Positions 40,806 through 52,350 of a stretch of DNA of 64,000 bases are shown here, piece after piece. The notes under the pieces are model-generated. The model was not told the DNA's origin, searched no databases, and saw only the letters and a program-made list of their open reading frames with translations. The stretch spans positions 288,001-352,000 of the forward strand of contig CAWKMU010000003.1 of the NCBI GenBank assembly GCA_963850905.1, given 5' to 3'. The number at the start of each line of letters is the position of its first letter. Within the stretch, counting starts at the first letter, position 1. The stretch comes from an uncultured Gemmatimonadales bacterium (lineage in GTDB: Bacteria > Gemmatimonadota > Gemmatimonadetes > Gemmatimonadales > Gemmatimonadaceae). The position numbers and the translations under genes were made by a program.

Positions 40806-42834
40806 ATGTCCCTCAACCCCGCCCAACAAGCCGCTGCGACGCACGGCGACGGGCCCCTGCTCATCATTGCTGGCGCGGGCACGGGGAAGACGCGCACCCT
40901 CGTACACCGCGTGGCGCACCTCATCGAGCGAGGCGCGACGCCAGAGCGGATCCTGCTGCTCACGTTCACGCGGCGTGCGGCGCAGGAGATGCTCGGTCGC
41001 GTCGAGCGGATCGTCGGATCGGTCAGTCAGCGTGTGCAGGGCGGGACATTTCACGCGACGCGCGCATCGGCTGCTGCGCCGGTTTGGACCGGCCGCGGGG
41101 CTGAGCGGCGACTTCACGATCATGGACCAGGAAGATGCGCAGGACCTCATGCATCTCTCGCGAGTCCAGTTGGGGTATGGCGACAAGACGAAGCGGTTCC
41201 CGAAGAAGGAGACCCTGCACCACGTCTACTCGCGCCACATCAACACCGAGATTCCGGTCGCCACGATTCTGAACGAGGAGTATCCGGCATTCGCGGAGTA
41301 CGTGGCCGATTTCGGGCGCATCTTCGTCGACTACACGCGCCGCAAGGGCGATCGCAATCTGGTCGACTACGATGACCTGCTCGTGTTTTGGGCGCTCGTG
41401 CTCGAGGCTCCGGTCGGTGCGCGGATCGCTGCGCTCTATGATCACGTGCTGGTCGACGAGTATCAGGATACCAACGTCCTGCAGGCCCGCATCCTCCGCG
41501 GGCTCTGTAAGACGCACAGCAACGTCACGGTCGTCGGAGATGACGCGCAGAGCATCTACTCGTTCCGCGGAGCGAGCTTCCGCAACATCCTGGATTTTCC
41601 GCAGCAGTTTCCCGGCGTCCATCAGGTCACGCTCGAGCAGAATTACCGCTCCGTGCAACCGATTCTCGACACGACCAATACGCTCATCGCGCGCGCTCGG
41701 GAGCGGTACACCAAGGAGCTGTGGACCACGCGCGCGGCCGGCGACCGACCCTGGCTGGTCACGGCGCGAGATGAGGACGAGCAGACGCACTTCGTGGTCG
41801 ACCGCATTCTGGAGCTCTACGAATCCGGCACGCCGTTTCGCGAGATGGCCGTGCTGTTCCGTGCCGGCTACATGTCGGCGGCCATCGAGATCGAGCTCGC
41901 CAATCGCAAGATCCCGTTCGAGAAATGGGGCGGCCTCCGCTTCCTCGAGGCCGCACACGTCAAGGACGTGCTCGCATTTCTCCGCGTGCTCGAGAATCCG
42001 CGCGACGAGGTGAGTTGGTATCGGATCTTGTTGCTGTTACCGGGCATCGGCGACCGCACCGCGCGCGCCGCGATTGCCGCGATGGCGCAGGCAGCGTGGG
42101 AATCGGCCGCGTTTGCGCGCTATCCCGCGCCTCCCCGTGCGCGTGCGGCGCATCAGGCGCTCATCACCTTGCTGGACGGCTTGCGGACGGGCGAACAGTC
42201 GGGGTCAGTGAGCGCCGACATCGCGCGAGTGCGCCACCTGTACGACGACATCCTGCGGGAACGCTACGATCAGGTCGAGCCGCGGCTCAACGATCTCGAT
42301 CAGCTGGAGCGCGTCGCGAGCGGCTATCCCAACCGGTCGGCATTCCTCGCGGCGATCGCACTCGAGCCGCCGTCCAACACCCATGACTTCGCCGTGGGCG
42401 ACCACGAGGAAGAGGATGTCCTCGTGTTGAGCACCGCGCACTCGGCCAAAGGCAAGGAGTGGGACGCGGTGTTCCTGATCTGGGCGGTCGACGGCTGGTT
42501 TCCGACCTCGCGTGCGCTGAACGATGACGCCGGACTCGAAGAAGAGCGCCGGCTGATGTACGTCGCGCTCACGCGGGCCCGGCACCACCTGGCCGTCGTC
42601 TACCCGTTGCAGGTGTACGGCAGCAGGCGAGGCGCCAACTACTCCATCGACCAGCTCTCACGCTTCCTCGACCGCGGCGTCCGCGCCACAATGGAACCCA
42701 TCGTGATCGGTCGTCCCGACGCCGACCCCACCGGGCCATCACCGGTCGGGCCACTGGATCTACGGTCGGTGATGCAGAATCGCGATTGGGGATTGGGGAT
42801 CGGCGAACGCCAACGACCCATATCATCCCCATGA
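40806..42834 (+). CDS. UvrD/PcrA/Rep superfamily 1 DNA helicase (apparent +1 frameshift near 41061)
   Basis: AGAGTGKT, TFTRRAA, GTFH, VDEYQD, VGDDAQSIYSFRG, QNYRS, HSAKGKEW and EERRLMYVALTRA. Confidence 0.93.
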
Positions 42835-42850
42835 CGCTGTGAATCGGCGG

Positions 42851-43031
42851 GTAGGGTCGACGCCATGCGTGGCCCGCCGTTGCGTGTCGCGCCGCACAAT
42901 CTCTGTTTCGACGGTAGGGCACGCCCGTTGCTGGGCATCACGGGATCGCGCGGAAATGGGCAAACGTCGGTGGACCACCTCTGCAGACTCCTCGTCCACA
43001 CCGACATGTAGGGGCGGCCTTCAGGCCGCCC
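42851..43031. repeat. REP cluster (three GTAG copies, two degenerate)
   Basis: gtagggtcgacgccatgcgtggccc, gtagggcacgccc and gtaggggcggccttcaggccgccc. Confidence 0.75.
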
Positions 43032-43059
43032 ATTTGGATGCGTGATCAACACACCGCCT

Positions 43060-44184
43060 TCAGGACCCACCGTTGTGTTTGACCCAAGATTCCAAACCCC
43101 CCAACGGATCGTCGCGATTTCCCCGCGCAATCCCAATGATCCGCTGCACCGCGACCCGGAGGTCGTCGTTGGACGCATGATACACAGCGTCGAATTGATC
43201 CAGGTCCGTCAGATAGATGCGTCGAGCCAGTAGCGCCGCGTTGTCGAGGCGGGCACGCGCGAGCGCCTCGACGGGAATCGTTCGAATGCGCTGGGGGAGA
43301 CTCGTCGTGAGGGAGTCACGCGCGTGGCGAAAGATCGTGTCGCGCGCGGCGAGCCGAGTGGCGCGCGACACACTGTCCTCGCCAGGGTGAGCCCGAAACG
43401 CGGAATCCAGCTGATCGAACACCTGCCGCCAGAACGCCCCCAACGTCTTCTCATCGGCCCACCGCGCCGCAGCCTGCCGCTCCAGTGCCGTGTCACCGCG
43501 GGATCGGAAGAACTGCTCTGCGCCACGGGCACCGACGAAATTCGCGAACGACTCGTTGAACACGGTCTGGCCGCTGGCGTAGAACGTGTTGTGCGTCGTC
43601 TCGTGAATGACCGTGTTCGCCAGCTCGATGGAATCGTCGCCGAGCGATGTCGAGACGACCGGATCGTCGAACCAGCCGAGGGTGCTGAACGCGGGCGAGG
43701 GGCGCACATAGGCATCGAGCCCGAGGCGATGCAGATCGGTCGCCGCCCGAACCGCCGCCTGGAAATCGAAGTACCCTTTGTAGGGGACGCGTCCGACGAT
43801 CGGGAACCACCACGTGATCGGCAGCAGCCGATCGCGGTACGCGCCCGAAAGCACGAGCACCAGGGTGTCGTGCTCCAGCTTCGTGTAGGTGCTGAAGCTG
43901 CCCTTGACCCGCAACCCGATCGAATCCGCGGCGAACGCACGCGCAGCGCGCACGAGTTCGAGCTGCGCCCGAACGTGTGACGGTGTGTGCGGATCGGCGA
44001 TGACGGCATCGATCGGACGACGACGGGCGAGGATGTGCGCCTCCGCCCACGCCGCGCGCACCAGATAGCGCACGGTCGGGCTCACGATCGATCCGGCTGC
44101 CAGCACCAGCGCGAGCCCGGCCCCCACGGCACATCCAGCACGACCTGCGCGACTCTTCGGCCGCAGGAACGACTCACCCGTCAC
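43060..44184 (-). CDS. Putative Zn-dependent aminopeptidase (HEXXH)
   Basis: WWFPIVGRVPYKGYF, AFSTLGWFDDP, IHETTH and FNESFANFV. Confidence 0.85.
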   Translation of the reverse strand: MTGESFLRPKSRAGRAGCAVGAGLALVLAAGSIVSPTVRYLVRAAWAEAHILARRRPIDAVIADPHTPSHVRAQLELVRAARAFAADSIGLRVKGSFSTYTKLEHDTLVLVLSGAYRDRLLPITWWFPIVGRVPYKGYFDFQAAVRAATDLHRLGLDAYVRPSPAFSTLGWFDDPVVSTSLGDDSIELANTVIHETTHNTFYASGQTVFNESFANFVGARGAEQFFRSRGDTALERQAAARWADEKTLGAFWRQVFDQLDSAFRAHPGEDSVSRATRLAARDTIFRHARDSLTTSLPQRIRTIPVEALARARLDNAALLARRIYLTDLDQFDAVYHASNDDLRVAVQRIIGIARGNRDDPLGGLESWVKHNGGS

Positions 44185-44278
44185 AAGTTCACGCACGCGC
44201 GCTGTATCGCGCCCCGAGAAAGTAGCACCACAAAAGGTAGACAGTAGCGCCGCCCGCAAACGGTCCGTGGAAGGGCGG

Positions 44279-44303
44279 GTATGGGCGACGCAAGGCGTCG
44301 CCC
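44279..44303. repeat. REP copy
   Basis: gtatgggcgacgcaaggcgtcgccc. Confidence 0.75.
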
Positions 44304-44428
44304 GCGGAAAGGAGACGGACCGGCGAGAGTCGTGTTCGACTCTCGCCTTCTGGCTCTCTGCGCTCGACGGCGCGCGAGCGCTCGCCGCGCTCGCGCGCCC
44401 TCGCCACGGCAGCTAGTTTGCAATCCCC

Positions 44429-47400
44429 ATGGGATTCGTCCATCTCCATTGTCACTCGGAGTATTCCCTCCTCGACGGCGCCAACCGGATCGATGACCTG
44501 ATCGAGCGGGCTCTGGAGTTCGAGCAGCCCGCGCTCGCCATCACCGATCACGGTAACATGCACGCGGCCTGGGAGTTCCAGGAAAAGGCCAAGAAGGCCA
44601 AGCTCAAGCCCATCATCGGGATGGAGGCGTACGTGGCGCCTGGCGACCGGCGCGCCCGCCAACGGCCCCTCCCCGGCGTCAAGCCGTACTTCCATCTCGT
44701 CGTCCTGGCACAGAACGCCGTCGGCTACCAGAACCTCGTCAAGCTGTCATCGCTCGGATACCTCGAGGGCTTCTACTCCAGGCCACGAGTCGACCGGGAA
44801 CTGCTCACGAAGTTCGGCGAGGGGCTCATCATCTCGTCGGCCTGCATGGCGGGGGAGGTCGCGGCCCATCTGCTGGCACGCGAGTACGACGCCGCCCAGG
44901 AGGCGGCGGCCTGGTACGCCAACGCATTCCCGGGTCGCTACTACCTCGAGGTCCAGGCGCACAACTCGCCGGGCCAACGCGAGCTCAATGAGCAGGTCTT
45001 CCGCCTCGCCGCGGAGCTGGGGCTCCCCGTCATCGCGACGAACGACGCGCATTTCCTTCGCCGCGAGGACCACGACGCCCACGACGTCCTCCTGTGCATC
45101 GGCCTCGGAAAGGATCGCGCCGACGCGGACCGCATGCGCTACGATCGCGGGCTGTACTTCAAGAGCGCCGGCGAGATCGCCGCACACTTCCCGGACCATC
45201 CCGAGGTGCTCTCGCACACCCTCGAGATCGCGGACCGGGTCGACATCCCCTTCTCCAAGACGTACCGCGTCCCCTCCTTCCCGCTGCCAAGCGGCGTCGA
45301 GTCGGAGAACGCGCTACTGGTGCAACTGGCGACCGAGGGCGCGAAGAACCGCTACGGAGATCCGCTGCCGGATGCGGCCCGCGAGCGACTGGAGTATGAG
45401 CTCGGTGTCATCACCAAGACGGGCTACGCCGGCTACTTCCTGATCGTCGCCGACTTCATCAAGGCCGCGCGCGACCAGGGGATCCCCGTTGGGCCGGGCC
45501 GAGGATCGGCTGCCGGCTCGCTCGTCGCGTATGCCCTTCGCATCACCAATGTCTGTCCTCTCAAGTTCGATCTGCTCTTCGAGCGATTTCTCAATCCCGA
45601 ACGGATTTCGATGCCGGACATCGACGTCGACTTCTGCTTCGAGCGACGCGGTGAGGTGATCGAGTACGTCCGGCAGAAGTACGGCCGCGATTCGGTGGGA
45701 CAGATCGTCACGTTCGGGACACTCAAATCCCGCGCGGCGATCAAGGACGTTGGTCGGACGCTGGGCTTCACGCCAGCCGAGACCGACGCGCTCGCCAAGC
45801 TCGATCCCCAATCAGCCCAATTACTCGCTGACGATTCGGGAGGCGACCGAGCAGATCTCCGAGATTCGCCGTCTGTACGAAGGCGATGAGCGGTACCGGC
45901 AGCTGCTCGATTACGCCATGGCGCTCGAAGGGCTGGCTCGCCACTCGGGCGTCCACGCAGCGGGCGTCGTCATCGCGCCGGGGCCGCTCGACGATTACGT
46001 GCCCGTGTTCACGACGACGACGAAAGGAGCTGGCAGTACGGCGGTCCGATTTGGCGATCGCGCCGGCGAGCGGGCCGAGGACGAGACGGTCGTGGTGACG
46101 CAGTACGACATGAACGCGCTGGAGAAAGTCGGTCTGCTCAAGATGGACTTCCTCGGCTTGACGACGCTGACCGTCCTCTCCGACGCGGTCGCGTCGATCC
46201 ACGCGCGCACAGGCACGCACATCGATCTCGATTCGCTGCCACTCGACGACGACGCCACGTACCGGATGCTCCGCAGCGGCCGGACTGGCCGGCGTCTTCC
46301 AGTTCGAGTCGCCACTGGCAACCGATCTGTTGCGCAGCATGCGATGCGACCGGTTCGACGACCTCGTGGCCTCCAACGCACTCATGCGCCCAGGCCCGCT
46401 CGATACCGGCATGCACCGGGTCTTCATCCGCCGCAAGCGCGGCGAGGAGCCGGTCTCGTATCCGCTGCCGGAGCTCGAGCCGATCCTCGAGAGTACGCTC
46501 GGCGTGATCACCTATCAGGAACAGGTGATGCGAATCGCCCAGGTCCTGGCCGGCATCTCGCTCGCGGAAGCCGACGTCCTGCGCAAAGCGGTCGGCAAAA
46601 AGGATCCCGAGCTGATCCGCTTGGAGCTTGGCAAGTTCGTCGAGAAGGCCGTCGCCCGCGGGCTTCCGCGCCCGGTCATCACCGAGATCGCGGCGCAGAT
46701 CGAGACGTTCGGACGCTATGGGTTCAACCTCTCGCACAGCGTCGCGTACTCGATCCTGTCGTACCAGACCGCGTGGCTCAAGACGCACAATCCCGCCGAC
46801 TTCATGGCGGCGCTGCTCTCGTCACAGATCGGCGACACGGACGCAGTGGTCAAGTACATCAATGAAGCCCGCGAGGTTGGACTCGAGGTCCTGCCACCGG
46901 ACGTCAACGAGTCGGGCTATCGCTTTACCGTGGTTGCCGACCGCCGGTTGCGCTTCGGACTCGGCGCAATTCGCAACGTCGGGCGCGCCGCGATCGAATC
47001 GATCGTCGCCGCCCGGACGGTTGCACCGTTCACCTCACTCTTCGACCTGTGCGCGCGCGTCGACCTGCGCATGTGCAACAAACGAGTCTTCGAGGCCCTG
47101 GTCCATGCCGGCGCCCTCGACTCGCTCGGTGGGCACCGGGCCCAATATCTCGCCGTCCTCGATCACGCCCTGCAAGAGGCCGCTCTCCGTCAGCACGAGG
47201 CGACTACGGGCCAAGGCTCGCTGTTTGGCGCCCCGCCGGCCGACGACCAAGCGAGCTCAACAGCTGAGCACTCTGCTCCCACCCTCCCCTCCATGGCGCC
47301 ATTGCCGGAAACGGAGCGCCTGGCGAGGGAGAAAGACGCCCTCGGATTCTACGCGTCCGGGCATCCCCTCGAGCCCTTCCGAACGGAGGCCGAGCTGTTC

Positions 47401-47967
47401 GCGACCCACACCGTCGCACAGCTCGGCAACTGGGTCAACGGGCCTCTCAAGCTGGCAGTGGTGGTCACCGCGATCAAACGCCAGGTTAGCAAGCGGTCAG
47501 GGGCCGAGTTTGCCCGGTTGACAGTGGAGGATTTTTCGGGATCTTCCGAGGTACTAGTGTTTCCGGAGGCCTGGGCGGCGCTGTCCGATCGGGTCCGGCC
47601 GGAGGTACCAGTCCTGCTCGAGGGCGGGTATTCGAGACGCGATCAGGGAGGCGACAATCCAACTTTTATCGTCGAAGCGATAACGAAACTGACCGAGCTG
47701 CGCACAAACGGCCGCGTCGTCGTGGCCATTGATCTCGACCCGGCGATGACCGGGCCCGCGCTGTCTCCGCACGTGATGGTCGATGTTCGCGCGGTCGCCG
47801 AAGCCTATCCCGGCTCCGCACCGCTGGAGGTGCGGTGGAGCGATGGCAATGGGGTGCGGGTCCGATTCCGTTCGAGTTCCGCAGCCGTCAGCGCATCACC
47901 GGCAGCCCTCAATGATCTCCGGGCGCTCCTGGGCTCCGAGCGCGTACGCCTTGTGCGTGCGAATTGA
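44429..47967 (+). CDS. dnaE: DNA polymerase III alpha subunit (apparent +1 frameshifts near 45803 and 46287)
   Basis: HLHCHSEYSLLDG PHP domain, GRGSAAGS, MPDIDVDF, KMDFLGL, YQEQVM, YGFN.SHS and OB-fold tail. Confidence 0.97.
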
Positions 47968-48076
47968 TGCCGTGAGCGATTTGCCACTTCTAATGATTGG
48001 CGTTCGCCGTTGGCGAACCACGTTCGCACGGCCCCTCGGGTCGCGCGTCGTTCGCGCGTCCTGAACGACAGGCCAT

Positions 48077-49052
48077 ATGGCTACATCCGCTAACACCCTC
48101 GAATTCGAGCGTCCCATCGTCGAGCTGGAGCGACAGATCGACGAGTTGAAGAAGATGGCGGGTGATCAGCAGTTGCATGTGAGCGACGAGATCGCCCCGC
48201 TGGAGCGCAAACTCACTGAGCTGCGATCCGAGATCTACCGCAACCTGACGCCATTCCAGCGCGTGCAAGTCGCGCGAAGCAGTAGGCGGCCGTTCACGCT
48301 CGACTACATCCGCCTCGCTCTCACCGACTTCATCGAGCTGCACGGCGACCGCGCATTCCGCGATGACGCAGCCATCATCGGCGGCTGGGCCCGTCTCGAC
48401 GGCGAGACGGTCATGGTGATCGGGCACCAGCGCGGCCGCGATGCGAAGGAGAATCTGCACCGCAACTTCGGCATGCCCCACCCCGAGGGATACCGGAAGG
48501 CGCTGCGCCTCATGAAAATGGCCGAGAAGTTCCACGTGCCCGTGATCACCTTCATCGACACGCAAGGCGCGTGGGCGGGACTGGGCGCCGAAGAGCGAGG
48601 CCAGTCGGAGGCCATCGCACGCAACCTGTACGAGATGAGCCGGCTCGAGGTGCCCGATCATCGCGACGGTCATCGGCGAGGGTGGATCCGGCGGCGCGCT
48701 CGCGCTGGGCGTCGGCGACCGGGTGCTCATGCTCGAGAACGCCGTCTATTCCGTCATCACCGTCGAAGGCTGCGCGATCATTCTGTGGAAGGACGGCAAG
48801 AGTCCTGGAGATGCGCGAAAAGGCGGCGGCCGCGCTTACACATCACCGCGCAGGACTTGCTCGAGCTGCGGGTGGTCGATGAGATCGTGCCCGAGCCCGC
48901 CGGCGGAGCCCAGGCCGACCATGAGGTCATCGTCCAAGACGCTGCAGCAGGCTCTCGTCCGGAACCTGGACGACCTCAGACACCTCAAGCCCGATAAACT
49001 CGTCCGCCGCCGCCGCGAGAAGTATTTTAGGATGGGGCAGTTTTCTGAGTGA
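48077..49052 (+). CDS. accA: Acetyl-CoA carboxylase carboxyltransferase alpha (four apparent +1 frameshifts between 48656 and 48935)
   Basis: [48 protein letters not shown] and EPAGGA. Confidence 0.95.
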
Positions 49053-49082
49053 TGGAACAACTCTCTAAGTAGGGCCTAACGG

Positions 49083-49200
49083 CGGGGTCAGGGATCAGGG
49101 GTCAGGGATCAGGGAACTGCACCCGAGGCCAGTCGTCCGTTGCCACTGCTGGCCGCTGCGGTTCGTTCCCTGACCCCTGGCCCCGACCCCTGATCCCTGG
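49083..49200. repeat. Palindromic element with inverted GGGGTCA/TGACCCC heptamer arms and a degenerate GAGGCCAG core
   Basis: ggggtcagggatcaggggtcagggatcagggaac...gttccctgacccctggccccgacccctgatccc. Confidence 0.85.
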
Positions 49201-49205
49201 CTTTT

Positions 49206-50630
49206 ATGCATCTGATCGAAGTCGCATTCAAAGGCAATCGCAAAGAGTTCTACGCCTGGGAGGGCGAGGAGCCGCCGGCGGTCCGTGCCTCGATCATTGT
49301 CGAAGCAGACCGGGGTGAGGACCTGGGCGTCGTGCACGCGGTGGGTGAGCACGCACAAAAGCGCTGCGTCGGGTGCTCGCACGGGCTGGGGTCGGGCGAG
49401 CCAACCCGTAAGGCGTTGCGCGTCGCCTCGACCCGCGAGGTCCGGCAGCATCGAGAGGTCCGCGCGCAGGACGAAACCGCCCGCCAAAAAGCTACGGGCC
49501 TGGTCAAGACGCATGGCCTCGTGATGAAGCTGTCGGACGCCGAATGGCAGTGGGACCGCAAGAAGCTCACGTTCTACTTCACCGCCGACAAACGCGTCGA
49601 CTTCCGGGACCTGGTCCGGGACCTCGCCGCGACGTTCCGCGCGCGGATCGAGCTGAAGCAAATCGGCGTCCGCGACGAGGCGAAGCGACTGGACGGCGTT
49701 GGACGCTGCGGCCGGCAGTTTTGTTCCGCGTCATGGCTCCCCGAGCTTCGCCCAGTCAACCTCGGCGTGGCCAAGGACCAACATCTCTCGCTCAACCCCT
49801 CGCAGATCTCCGGCGCCTGCGGGCGGCTCATGTGCTGTCTGCGCTATGAGCACGAGTTCTACGTCGAGAGTCGCAAGCGATTTCCCAAGGAGGGGAAGAC
49901 CCTGGTCACGGCCCAAGGCGAGGAAAAAGTCGTCGCCAACGAGATTTTCAATGAACGGGTCACGCTCCGCTCTGCGGACGGAGAGAGCCGGGTCATCTCC
50001 CTGACCCAGCTGCGGCGCGAGCTCGGTGCTGCCGGCCAGCCGCTCGCCGGCGCCGAGACTTCGGCAGGGGATTCGGCTGACCTGGCCGCGGCATCAGCCG
50101 AGTCGAGTGAGTTGGAATCAGAGCTCGTCAGCGAGGTGACCGAGTCATACGAGAGTGTCGACACGTTCGATCTTGAGGTCGAAGAGCCTCCCGTCGCTGA
50201 TCGCCGCGGAAGCGACGAGAGCGGCCCGCAGCGACCGGGCTCTCGAGCCGCTGGCCCGGGGGCCGCCGGCCGCGGTGATTGGACCCCACGGTCGCGCACG
50301 GGTGGCGATCGTCGAGGCCAGAGTCGCGAGACACCAGCGGCGCCCGATCCTCGTACTCCAGCGGCCACTCAGGCGACCGGCGCATTGGACACGCCATCGC
50401 CCGGGTCGGTCGCCCAATCGCCCGCCCAACCTGACGAGCCAGCCGCGGCGGGTAATGCCCCGCGCCGTCGTCGAGGACGTCGCGGCGGCCGCCGCGGACG
50501 CGGGAAGGGGGGTGGGGGTGGGAACGGCAATGCCTCGTCTGGACCCGACGGGCAGAACCCGCCGGACGGTTCGTCCGGCACGTCTGCGGGTGGGGAGCCG
50601 CCGCAGTCGCCGCCATCGGGCGCGTCGTGA
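49206..50630 (+). CDS. ricT: PSP1-domain protein RicT/YaaT with long disordered C-terminus
   Basis: FYFTADKRVDFRDLV, RIELKQIGVRDEAK, GRCGRQFC and ISGACGRLMCCLRYE. Confidence 0.9.
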   Translation: MHLIEVAFKGNRKEFYAWEGEEPPAVRASIIVEADRGEDLGVVHAVGEHAQKRCVGCSHGLGSGEPTRKALRVASTREVRQHREVRAQDETARQKATGLVKTHGLVMKLSDAEWQWDRKKLTFYFTADKRVDFRDLVRDLAATFRARIELKQIGVRDEAKRLDGVGRCGRQFCSASWLPELRPVNLGVAKDQHLSLNPSQISGACGRLMCCLRYEHEFYVESRKRFPKEGKTLVTAQGEEKVVANEIFNERVTLRSADGESRVISLTQLRRELGAAGQPLAGAETSAGDSADLAAASAESSELESELVSEVTESYESVDTFDLEVEEPPVADRRGSDESGPQRPGSRAAGPGAAGRGDWTPRSRTGGDRRGQSRETPAAPDPRTPAATQATGALDTPSPGSVAQSPAQPDEPAAAGNAPRRRRGRRGGRRGRGKGGGGGNGNASSGPDGQNPPDGSSGTSAGGEPPQSPPSGAS

Positions 50631-52175
50631 ACCGACCGTTCTACATCACCACCGCGATCGACTACGCGAATGGTGACCCGCACCTGGGCCATGCGATAGA
50701 GAAGATCGGCGCCGATACCATCGCGAGATACCACCGGCTCCGCGGCGACGCCGTGCACTTCCTGATCGGGATGGACGAGCACGGGCAGAAGGTGGCCCAG
50801 GCCGCCGGCGCCCAGGGGCTTTCGCCGCAGGCGCTCACGGACCGCGTGGCCGACGTCTTCTCGGCCACGTGGGAACGACTCCGCATCTCGAACGATCAAT
50901 TCATCCGCACCACAGCGCCCGAGCACCGCGCGGGCGTCCGCTCGCTCATCGAGCGGATCTTTGAGCGATCGCCGGACGATTTCTATCAGAAGACGTACTC
51001 GGGCTGGTATTGCGTGGGATGCGAGGCATTCAAGACGGAGGCCGAAATCTCGGAGGGGCACTGCGTGCTGCACCCCACCCGAACGCTCGAGTGGGTCGAA
51101 GAGCGGAACTGGTTCTTCCGCCTCAGTCGCTACACGGACTTCCTCCGCGCGCATTTCGCCGAGCATCCGGCATTTCTGGCCCCCGAGAGCCGCCGCAACG
51201 AGATCCTGGCTCTCCTCGACGGAGGGCTGGAGGACATCTCAGCCAGCCGGGCACGCTTGGGGTGGGGCATCCCCTTTCCGCGGCCCACGAGTGACGGCGA
51301 GCCGCAAACGACCTATGTCTGGTTTGACGCTCTCCCCAACTATCTGACCGCGACCGGGTTCCCCGACCCGGGCTTCGGCACGCGATGGCCGGCGCAGCTC
51401 CACGTGATCGGCAAGGACATTACCCGTTTCCATTGTGTGATCTGGCCGGCGATGCTCCGCGCGGCCGACCTGCCCCTGCCGGAGCGCGTGTGGGCCCATG
51501 GCTTCGTGACGCTGGCGAGCGGCGAGCGATTCAGCAAATCCGCCGGCGTCCGGGTGGAGCTCCCGGAAGCCATCGATCGTCACGGCGCGGACGCGTTCCG
51601 CTACTTCATGCTCCGCGAGATCCCCTTCGACGCCGACGGCGCATTCTCCTGGGAGCGCTTCGACGAGCGATACACCGCGGACCTGGCCAACGCATTCGGC
51701 AATCTGCTGAGCAGAACTGTCGCGATGATAGAGCGATACTGCGGCGGTACTGTTCCATCTGGCAGGCCGAATGAGGTCGATATCGCGGATTCGGGCGATT
51801 ACGACCGCTATCGCCAATCCATGGATGGTGGCCGCGGGTACCTGCTCCACGAGGCGCTGCGACATGTCTGGTCCACGGTCGCGCGAGGCAACGAGTACGT
51901 CGACCGCCAGGCGCCCTGGAAGCTGGCAAAGGATCCTGCGCAGCGGTCGGCACTCGACGCCGTGCTGGCCACGCTGGTGCGCCAGTTGGCGCGCCAGGCC
52001 ATCCACCTCGCGCCATTCATGCCCGACCGCGCCGAGGAGGTCTGGCGCCAGCTCGGCGCCCCCGGGTCCGTCCACGACCAACGCTTGGGCGAGCTGGCCG
52101 CGCCCCTCGATCCCACGGGGTGGAAGGTGGTGCGCGGGCGACCCGTTGTTTCCAAAGGTGGAAACGGCGGCCTGA
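50627..52175 (+). CDS. metG: Methionyl-tRNA synthetase, short form (apparent +1 frameshift near 52136; corrected end ...GDPLFPKVETAA)
   Basis: YITTAIDYANGDPHLGH, DEHGQK, YVWFDAL, GKDI.RFH and RFSKS. Confidence 0.95.
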
Positions 52176-52206
52176 GAGGCCGCGGCACTACAACGGCTCT
52201 TGCCAC

Positions 52207-52350
52207 CCGGCGGGTAGGGGCGACGCAATGCGTCGCCCTACGGTCCGGCGAACGACGCCGAATTTCGGACCCCCGTGCCCCCGACGCGCCGGAACCGTGG
52301 TCGGTTGCGCCAAACGGCGGGCGACGCATTGCGTCGCCCCTACCCGCCGG
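52207..52350. repeat. REPIN-like doublet: perfect 32-bp inverted repeats around an 80-bp spacer
   Basis: ccggcgggtaggggcgacgcaatgcgtcgccc (52207-52238) and its exact reverse complement (52319-52350). Confidence 0.92.
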
